Of a stretch of 64,000 nt of DNA, positions 56,989 to 64,000 are shown in pieces. Position 1 is the stretch's first letter. The number at the start of each line of letters is the position of its first letter. This stretch comes from Nitrospirota bacterium. GTDB taxonomy: Bacteria > Nitrospirota > Thermodesulfovibrionia > UBA6902. A program made the position numbers and the translations under genes. Location of the stretch: contig JACRMS010000016.1 of the NCBI GenBank assembly GCA_016214845.1, forward strand, positions 20,488-84,487, written 5' to 3'. The notes under the pieces were generated by a model. It had not been told where the DNA came from, searched no databases, and was given only the letters and a program-made list of their open reading frames with translations.

Positions 56989-58809
56989 ATGGCTGAAAAG
57001 AAAAAAACTGAGACAAAAGCTAAACCGAAGGCCGGGAAACCGTCCGTTAAAGACCTGACCATCAGGGTCTGCGTAGGAACAGGCGGGCTTGCGGCAGGAA
57101 GCAGCGAGGTCATTGACCAATTTCATAAGGAACTCGAAGCTCATGGGCTTGCGGCGCACATCGAGAAAAAATGCGTGAACAAGACGGGCTGCCGCGGATT
57201 CTGTGCCAAAGACGTTTTGGTAGACGTGATCCTTAATGACAATTTATCAACCTATCAATTCATAAAACCGGAGATGGTAGGCCGCATCGTAGAGGACCAT
57301 ATTATAAGCGGCAACCCCGTTGAGGAATGGCTCGTGGGCCCGGAGTATCACACCTTTCATGATAAACAGACAAAGATACTCCTGAAACAGTGCGGGCAGA
57401 TCGATCCTGAAGACATCGACGCGTACATCGGCATCGGCGGATATGAGGGGGCCAAAAAGGCGCTTTCGCTTACTTCGTTTGAAGTGACCGAAGAGGTGAA
57501 GTCATCAGGGCTTCGCGGAAGAGGCGGGGCCGGATTTCTTACAGGCCTCAAATGGGAGCTTTGCAGCATGTCCAAAGGCACGCCGAAGTATATCATCTGC
57601 AATGCGGATGAAGGCGACCCGGGCGCGTTCATGGACAGGTCTGTTATTGAAGGCAATCCTCACTCGGTTTTGGAAGGAATGATCATCGGCGGTTACGCCA
57701 TCGGCGCAAACCACGGTTATGTCTATATCCGCGCTGAATATCCCCTTGCAATAGCGCGGCTTGAAACTGCAATTAAGCAGGCCACTGAAAGAGGCTTTAT
57801 CGGGAAGAACATATTCGGCAGCGATTTTGATTTCGATATAAAAATAAAACAGGGCGCGGGCGCGTTTATCTGCGGTGAAGAGACAGCGCTCATAGCCTCA
57901 ATTGAAGGCAAAAGAGGACTGCCGCGCTCAAAGCCGCCATTCCCCGTCAACAAGGGTTTATGGGGCAAGCCCACTGTCATTAACAACGTTGAGACGCTTG
58001 CGAACCTGCCGTCCATTATTACAAAAGGCGCTTCATGGTATGCAGCTATCGGAAGCGAGAAAAGCAAAGGCACAAAGGTCTTCGCCCTTACCGGCAAGAT
58101 AAAAAATACGGGCCTTATTGAAGTGCCGATGGGCATGTCTCTGAAAGAGATCATCTATGACATCGGCGGCGGCCTGGAAAAGAACCGCAAGTTAAAGGCC
58201 GTCCAGACCGGCGGGCCGTCAGGAGGCTGCATCCCGGCTTCGCACATTGACATGCCGGTGGATTACGAATCTCTGATAAGCATCGGCTCAATGATGGGTT
58301 CCGGCGGAATGGTCGTCATGGACGACACCACCTGCATGGTGGACATGTCAAAGTTCTTCCTGTCTTTTACTCAGAGCGAGTCCTGCGGCAAATGCGTGCC
58401 GTGCAGGATAGGGACCAAAAGGATGCTCGAAATTCTGACAAGGATAACTGAGGGCAAGGGCAAAGAAGATGACATAGAGCTTCTGATAGAACTCGGCACG
58501 GACATAAAACTTTCATCGCTGTGCGGCCTTGGAATGTCAGCGCCCAATCCCGTGCTTTCAACTATTCACTTTTTCAGACATGAATACGAGTCTCACATAA
58601 AAGACGGCATCTGTCCTTCAAATGTGTGCAAGGCATTGCGCCAGTATATTGTAAATATTGATCTCTGCAAGATGTGCGGCAAATGCTTCAGGGTATGTCC
58701 GGCAGGCGCCATCACCTGGGAGGCCAAGAAAAAAGCCGCGATCGATAAATCAAAATGCATAAAGTGCGGAGCGTGTTTTGAGGCGTGTCCGTTTAACTCA
58801 ATTAAGTAA
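56989..58809 (+). CDS. NuoF-like NAD(H)-binding flavoprotein subunit (2Fe-2S N-domain, FMN, 4Fe-4S, 2x[4Fe-4S] ferredoxin domain)
   Basis: GLRGRGGAGFLTGLKWE; ESCGKCVPCRIGT; CKMCGKCFRVCP...CIKCGACFEACP. Confidence 0.85.
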   Translation: MAEKKKTETKAKPKAGKPSVKDLTIRVCVGTGGLAAGSSEVIDQFHKELEAHGLAAHIEKKCVNKTGCRGFCAKDVLVDVILNDNLSTYQFIKPEMVGRIVEDHIISGNPVEEWLVGPEYHTFHDKQTKILLKQCGQIDPEDIDAYIGIGGYEGAKKALSLTSFEVTEEVKSSGLRGRGGAGFLTGLKWELCSMSKGTPKYIICNADEGDPGAFMDRSVIEGNPHSVLEGMIIGGYAIGANHGYVYIRAEYPLAIARLETAIKQATERGFIGKNIFGSDFDFDIKIKQGAGAFICGEETALIASIEGKRGLPRSKPPFPVNKGLWGKPTVINNVETLANLPSIITKGASWYAAIGSEKSKGTKVFALTGKIKNTGLIEVPMGMSLKEIIYDIGGGLEKNRKLKAVQTGGPSGGCIPASHIDMPVDYESLISIGSMMGSGGMVVMDDTTCMVDMSKFFLSFTQSESCGKCVPCRIGTKRMLEILTRITEGKGKEDDIELLIELGTDIKLSSLCGLGMSAPNPVLSTIHFFRHEYESHIKDGICPSNVCKALRQYIVNIDLCKMCGKCFRVCPAGAITWEAKKKAAIDKSKCIKCGACFEACPFNSIK

Positions 58810-58826
58810 TTATAGACGGGGGATGC

Positions 58827-59288
58827 ATGATAAGCACAAGACGGTTAAAGGAAGTAACATTATTTAAAGAATTCACACAGGAAGAGCTTGAGAAGATCTC
58901 AACCATGATGAAAGAGGCCTTTTACCCGAAAGGCACCGTAGTCTGGGAAGAGGACAGCCCTGAACAGGGACTGCAGATCATTGACTACGGAAGGGTCAGG
59001 GTCAGCAGGAGGACCAAAGAGGGCAACAGGCAGATACTTGCCGTGCTGAAAGTAAACAATTTCTACGGAGAGCTTTCAATACTGGACGGCCGCGCGCATT
59101 CAGCATCGGTAGAAGCGCTGGAAGATACAAAGGTGTTCATACTGGCGAAGGCCGACATGGACAGGCTCTTACAGGACAGCCCCCAGACAGCTTACAAGAT
59201 CGTCCGCGAGATGACGATCACTATCGTTGAGATACTGCGCGATATGAACGACAAGTTCATGAAGCTGGTTGATTACGTCTGGGAGTAG
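58827..59288 (+). CDS. cyclic-nucleotide-binding (Crp/Fnr effector-type) domain protein, single domain
   Basis: FYPKGTVVWEEDSPEQGLQIIDYGRVRV...FYGELSILDGRAHSASVEAL has the cNMP-binding beta-barrel signature and no DNA-binding domain. Confidence 0.7.
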   Translation: MISTRRLKEVTLFKEFTQEELEKISTMMKEAFYPKGTVVWEEDSPEQGLQIIDYGRVRVSRRTKEGNRQILAVLKVNNFYGELSILDGRAHSASVEALEDTKVFILAKADMDRLLQDSPQTAYKIVREMTITIVEILRDMNDKFMKLVDYVWE

Positions 59289-59336
59289 AGGGTAAGTTGC
59301 TAAATACAGTGGCAAGTAAAGACGTATGAATTAGTC

Positions 59337-59411
59337 GTCATGCCCGAAGTCTTTAATCGGGCATCCAGTTTTACAACGCCTGGATTCCCGCTTACTAACT
59401 GCGGGAATGAC
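59337..59411. repeat. full copy of nested-palindrome repeat (GTCATGCCCGA..TCGGGCATCCAG / CTGGATTCCCGC..GCGGGAATGAC)
   Basis: Between the cNMP-binding gene and fdhA. Confidence 0.8.
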
Positions 59412-59438
59412 AGCTTTTAAAAGACTCGGAGGTAGACT

Positions 59439-62126
59439 TTGGACAAACAGGTAAAAATAAAGATCAACGGCATAGAGGTTGTCTGCGAGAAGGAAGACAC
59501 GATCCTTGAGGCGGCGAAAAAGGCCGGCGTCAGGATCCCCACCCTCTGCCACGATGAGCGCCTTGAACCTTACGGAGGATGCCGCCTGTGCATTGTTGAA
59601 GTCAAGGGCGTTAACAGGCCGCTGCCTTCATGCACCACTCCAGTGACAAACAACATGGACATCGTCACGGAAAGCAGCACGATAACAAGGATAAGAAAGA
59701 ACCTTATTTCCCTGATCCTTTCAAACCACCCAAACGACTGCATGAGGTGCGAGCAGACAGGCGCCTGCGACCTCCAGGACCTTGCGTATGAATACGGAGT
59801 TGACGGCAAGCGTTTTGAAGGCGAGATGTGGAACCTGCCTATCAGGGAAGATAACCCTTTCATAACATATGAACCAAACAAGTGCATCCTGTGCGGACGC
59901 TGCACGAGGATATGCAATGAAGTTGTGATGGCTGGAACGATAGAGCTTGTCGGCAGAGGCTTTAACTCAATGCCCGACACAGCATTTAGAAAACCCCGCT
60001 CCCTTGAAAACTGCGAATTCTGCGGGCAATGCGTATCCACCTGCCCGACCGGCGCGCTTACAGACAGGAAGGGAAGGGGCAGGGGGCGCTCCTATGAAAT
60101 GAAAAAGGTGAAGACCACCTGCTCCTACTGCGGGACAGGATGCAACTTCTTTTTAAACGTAAAGGACAACAAGGTCGTAAAAGTCACTTCTGATTATGAC
60201 GCCCCTGTGAACAAAGGCAACCTCTGCATAAAGGGACGCTACGGTTATGACTTCATTCACAGCGCGGAGAGGATAAAGACGCCGCTTATTAAAAGAGGCG
60301 GCAGCTTTCACGAAGCCACCTGGGATGAGGCGCTTGAACTTATCGCAAATAAATTTAAAGAGCTGATCGACAGGCACGGCCCGGAAAAGGTCGGCGGCTT
60401 TTCATCGTCCCGCTGCACCAACGAAGAAAATTATCTCATGTCAAAATGGGTGAGATGCGCAATAGGGTCTAACAACGTAGACAATTGCGCGCGTGTCTGA
60501 CACGCCCCCACTGTTGCCGGTCTGGCAACCAGCCTGGGAGCGGGAGCTGCCACAAATTCATTATCTCAGATGCCTGACATAGATACGCTCTTTTTGTTCG
60601 GATCGAATCCGACAGAGGCGCATCCGATAGTTTCGTTCTGGCTTAAAAAGGCTTTGCGCAGAGGCGCGAAGCTTATCGTGGGCGATCCGAGAAAAACCTG
60701 GATGGCAAGACGCGCTGACGTTTGGCTTAACCTGAAACCCGGCAGCAACATCGCAATGCTGAACGGTATTGTAAATGTGATTCTGCAAAACGGCTGGGAG
60801 AACAAAGAGTTCATCGCAAAAAGGACGGAGAGCTTTGAGGAATTGAAGGCGAAGGTCAGCGAATATGACCTTGACCGCGTTGAAAAACTTACGGGAGTTT
60901 CAAAAGATAACATCATTGAGGCGGCCCGTTTATATTCACACGCCGATAAGGCCATGATCGTTTACGGCCTTGGCGTTACCGAGCACCAGACCGGAACGGA
61001 AAACGCAATGGCAATTGCAAACCTCGCGCTTGTCTGCGGACAAATCGGCAGGCCTTCAACGGGCATCATGGCGCTTAGAGGACAGAACAATGTCCAGGGA
61101 GCTTCAGACCTCGGGCCGCTGCCTGCCACGCTTCCCGGTTATCAATCAGTTACAGATGCGAATGTACGCGCGAAATTTGAAAAGGCATGGGGCGTGAAAA
61201 TAAGTCCCAAGCCCGGACTCAAATCAGTTGAGATGCTTGATGAATGCAAGAGGGGGAATTTCAAAGGGCTCTTCATCCTGGGAGAAGACCCCGCGCAGAC
61301 AGACCCTGACCTTCATCATGTTTGGAGCGCGCTTGAGTCGGTTGAATTTCTTGTTGTGCAGGATATCTTTCATACAGAGACAACACGCTTTGCTCATGTG
61401 ATACTCCCCGGCGCGAGCTTCGCTGAAAAGGACGGCACCTTCACAAACGGCGAGCGCAGGGTCCAGCGCGTGAGAAAGGCGATTGAGCCTCTCTCCGGAA
61501 TGGCTGAGTGGCAGGTAATCAGCAAACTGTCAACCCTGATGGGTTACCCGATGAATTACAATCATCCTTCCGAGATCATGGATGAGATCGCAGGCCTCGT
61601 GTCAATCTACGGAGGCATCAGCTATGACCGTCTTGAGAACGGAGGGATTCAGTGGCCGTGTCCGACAAAGGACCATCCCGGCACAACGACTTTATACTCG
61701 GACCTGTTTTCAAGGCCCGGGGGATTGGCAAGATTCATGGCGCTTGACCACAAAGGCTCAGGAGAAGTTACGGACAAAAATTATCCTCTCGTCCTGATCA
61801 CCGGAAGAATACGCGAGCACTACAACAACGGCTCCATGACAAAGAGGTCGCTTGGAATAAATGAGGTCGTCCCTGAAGAACTGCTTGAAATAAGCCGTGA
61901 AGACGCGCAGGAGCTGAAGATCAAAAGCGGCGATATGGTGAAGGTCTCATCCAAACGCGGCGAAATCAAAGTCCGCGTCAAGGTCACAGACCGTTCACAA
62001 CCGGGGAATGTGTTCCTCACATTCCATCACAGAAACGCGCTTTCAAACATCCTGACCTCGGAACACAGAGACCCGATCACAGGCACCCCTGAATATAAAT
62101 CATGCGCGGTGAGAGTGGAGAAGTAG
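59439..62126 (+). CDS. fdhA: NAD-dependent formate dehydrogenase alpha subunit, selenocysteine-containing (single 895-codon gene; UGA-Sec at 60498-60500)
   Basis: The 59439-60500 and 60570-62126 ORFs are in the same frame. The junction reads ...NNVDNCARV-[TGA]-HAPTVAGLATSLGAGAATNS, the conserved U/C-H active site of formate dehydrogenases. N-terminal 2Fe-2S and 4Fe-4S domains, MopB domain, C-terminal molybdopterin dinucleotide-binding domain. Confidence 0.8.
60501..60540 (+). promoter_or_regulatory. bacterial SECIS element for fdhA UGA recoding
   Basis: Hairpin GTTGCC-GGTCT-GGCAAC at 60513-60529 with a lower stem (ccc...ggg), 13 nt after the UGA. The apical loop GGUCU resembles the E. coli fdhF SECIS loop. 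Confidence 0.55.
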
Positions 62127-62156
62127 TTCCCTTTCTGTGTCTTTTATATCTGATGT

Positions 62157-62190
62157 TACCCCGTTAGAAGTATAACGGGGTACTTGCTTT
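62157..62190 (+). terminator. Rho-independent terminator after fdhA
   Basis: accccgtta-gaagta-taacggggt: 8-9-bp stem followed by T-rich cttgcttttc. Confidence 0.5.
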
Positions 62191-62368
62191 TCAATTTCTT
62201 TCCTTCTTTACCCATGCAAAAATCATTTGTAAGCTTCAGGAAAAAATGCTAACATTTGCTGTATTCAGCAGCATGAAGCGTGATAACTTTATATTTTAAT
62301 AAAAGATTCCGGATACCCAAACATCGGGCACAAGCAAGCCGGAATGACATGGAAAGGGAGGATGAACC

Positions 62369-64000
62369 ATGGAGCTAAGAAATTATGAGACCGGCGACAA
62401 GGTCAGATATGACGCAAGCAGGTTGACCGAGCAGGATATTTATCTCTTTAAGGAAGGCAATCACTTCAGGCTCTATAAAAACCTCGGCTCGCATTTGATG
62501 GACGTAGAAGGTGTCAGCGGAGTGCATTTTGCCGTGTGGGCGCCCAACGCGGAAAATGTATCGGTCATCGGCGACTTTAATCAGTGGGACCGGGACTCTC
62601 ACCAGCTTGCCCCGAGATGGGACGGCTCCGGGATATGGGAGGGTTTTATCGCGGGGCTTAAAAAAGGAGACCTCTACAAATATCACATTGTCTCAAGATT
62701 CAACGATTACAAAGTGGAAAAAGGAGACCCCTTTGCCTTTTACTGGGAAACGCCTCCGAAAACAGCTTCGGTTGTCTGGGACCTGAAGTATGAATGGAAT
62801 GACCAGGGATGGATGGCAGACAGGCATGAGAATAATTCCCTGAGCGCGCCTTATTCAATATACGAAGTCCATCTCGGCTCCTGGAGGCGCGTGCCTGAAG
62901 AGGACAACAGGTATCTCACCTACAGGGAACTCGCCCATCAGCTCGCGGACTATGTGAAGGAAATGGGGTTTACTCATGTTGAGCTCATGCCAGTTATGGA
63001 GCACCCTTTTTACGGCTCATGGGGATATCAGACCCTTGGATATTTCGCGCCGACAAGCAGGTTCGGCACCCCGCAGGATTTCATGTACCTGATAGACCAC
63101 TTGCACCAGAACGGCATCGGCGTGATCCTCGACTGGGTGCCTTCGCACTTTCCTTCAGACCAGTACGGCCTGTCCTATTTTGACGGGACCTATCTCTACG
63201 AGCATGAAGACCCCAAGAAAGGCTATCACCCCGAATGGTGCAGTTACATATTCAATCACGGGCGGAATGAAGTCAGAAACTTCCTTATCAGCAGCGCCAT
63301 GTTCTGGCTTGAGCACTACCATATCGACGGGCTGAGGGTGGACGCGGTCGCCTCAATGCTCTACCTTGATTACGCGAGAAAGGAAGGCGAGTGGATACCC
63401 AACATATACGGCAGTAAGGAAAACCTTGAGGCCATAAGCTTTTTAAAGAGGTTCAATGAAATGGTCTACACCTTCTATCCCGACACGCAGACCTTTGCCG
63501 AGGAATCAACGGCGTGGGCCATGGTCTCGCGGCCAGTCTATGTCGGCGGCCTGGGCTTCGGCATGAAATGGAACATGGGCTGGATGCACGATACGCTGAA
63601 ATATTTTTCGCATGAGCCCGTGCACAGGAAATACCACCATGACCAGCTAACGTTCAGCATCTGGTATGCGTTCTTTGAGAATTTCGTCCTGCCCCTTTCG
63701 CATGACGAGGTGACCCACGGCAAAGGGGCGCTGCTTGGAAAGATGCCCGGCGACGAGTGGCAGAGCTGCGCCAACCTCAGGCTTTTGTTCGGCTACATGT
63801 GGGGGCATCCCGGAAAGAAGCTCCTGTTCATGGGAGGGGAGATCGCGCAGTGGAGGGAATGGGTCCACGAAGAGAGCCTTGAGTGGCACGCGCTTGAACA
63901 TCCTTCACACCAGGGTGTGCAGAGATGGGTGAAGGACCTGAACCACTTTTACAGGACAGAACCCGCGCTCTACGAACTGGATTTTTCAAACGACGGATTT
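62369..64000 (+). CDS. glgB: 1,4-alpha-glucan branching enzyme (5' portion; continues beyond the 3' end of the window)
   Basis: [24 protein letters not shown]...YGSWGYQ...[13 protein letters not shown]...[10 protein letters not shown]...[18 protein letters not shown]. No stop before nt 64000. Confidence 0.85.
   Translation, partial: MELRNYETGDKVRYDASRLTEQDIYLFKEGNHFRLYKNLGSHLMDVEGVSGVHFAVWAPNAENVSVIGDFNQWDRDSHQLAPRWDGSGIWEGFIAGLKKGDLYKYHIVSRFNDYKVEKGDPFAFYWETPPKTASVVWDLKYEWNDQGWMADRHENNSLSAPYSIYEVHLGSWRRVPEEDNRYLTYRELAHQLADYVKEMGFTHVELMPVMEHPFYGSWGYQTLGYFAPTSRFGTPQDFMYLIDHLHQNGIGVILDWVPSHFPSDQYGLSYFDGTYLYEHEDPKKGYHPEWCSYIFNHGRNEVRNFLISSAMFWLEHYHIDGLRVDAVASMLYLDYARKEGEWIPNIYGSKENLEAISFLKRFNEMVYTFYPDTQTFAEESTAWAMVSRPVYVGGLGFGMKWNMGWMHDTLKYFSHEPVHRKYHHDQLTFSIWYAFFENFVLPLSHDEVTHGKGALLGKMPGDEWQSCANLRLLFGYMWGHPGKKLLFMGGEIAQWREWVHEESLEWHALEHPSHQGVQRWVKDLNHFYRTEPALYELDFSNDGF

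Overview
This 64-kb window looks like chromosomal DNA from an anaerobic bacterium (about 50% GC). Housekeeping genes (dnaG, truB, mutL, fabF, moaC, and a glgB 5' fragment running off the 3' end of the window) are interleaved with redox and formate metabolism genes and a very dense set of signal-transduction genes.

Recoding and paralogy
- Two UGA-recoded selenoprotein genes appear as split or truncated ORFs in the six-frame track. The first is an NAD-dependent formate dehydrogenase alpha subunit (59439-62126, Sec codon at 60498, SECIS hairpin just downstream). The second is a small C_GCAxxG_C_C-family redox protein (55509-55940, Sec codon at 55557).
- The fdhA selenoprotein operon (NuoE-like, NuoF-like, a cNMP-binding protein, FdhA[Sec]; moaC lies just upstream) has a degenerate paralogous locus next to nfnAB. 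In that locus the NuoE-like gene is fused to a receiver domain and lacks its Fe-S cysteines. The Mo subunit has neither Cys nor Sec at the catalytic position, and its 5' end is replaced by a roughly 115-bp tandem duplication of the upstream gene's 3' end plus an AGAAGTN heptamer array.

Repeats
- The same heptamer family (AGAAGTM / GTGAYGG / CGTRATG, always 3 units = 21 nt) is inserted twice, in frame, inside fabF.
- A MITE-like nested-palindrome family (GTCATTCCCGC...GCGGGAATGAC, one copy with 19-bp perfect terminal inverted repeats) occurs at least 8 times, mostly between genes inside operons. A second inverted-repeat family (AACCACGGAGACACAGAGGCAC) occurs twice.

Other features
- The 5' end carries a decayed integrative-element junction: a truncated NhaP antiporter, an N-terminally truncated large serine recombinase overlapping the 3' half of tRNA-Asn, then a 1406-aa fused double-activase/double-dehydratase-like protein.
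- Remaining features are a NarL-type two-component system, tandem pseudo-receiver/AraC paralogs, a MEDS/PAS/GAF histidine-kinase island with an orphan CheD, an ArnC/ArnT/DedA-like envelope-modification cassette, a P-type ATPase, radical SAM proteins, and a UbiA/GT2/B12-rSAM cluster.

I saw no CRISPR array, rRNA, or recognisable defence system.
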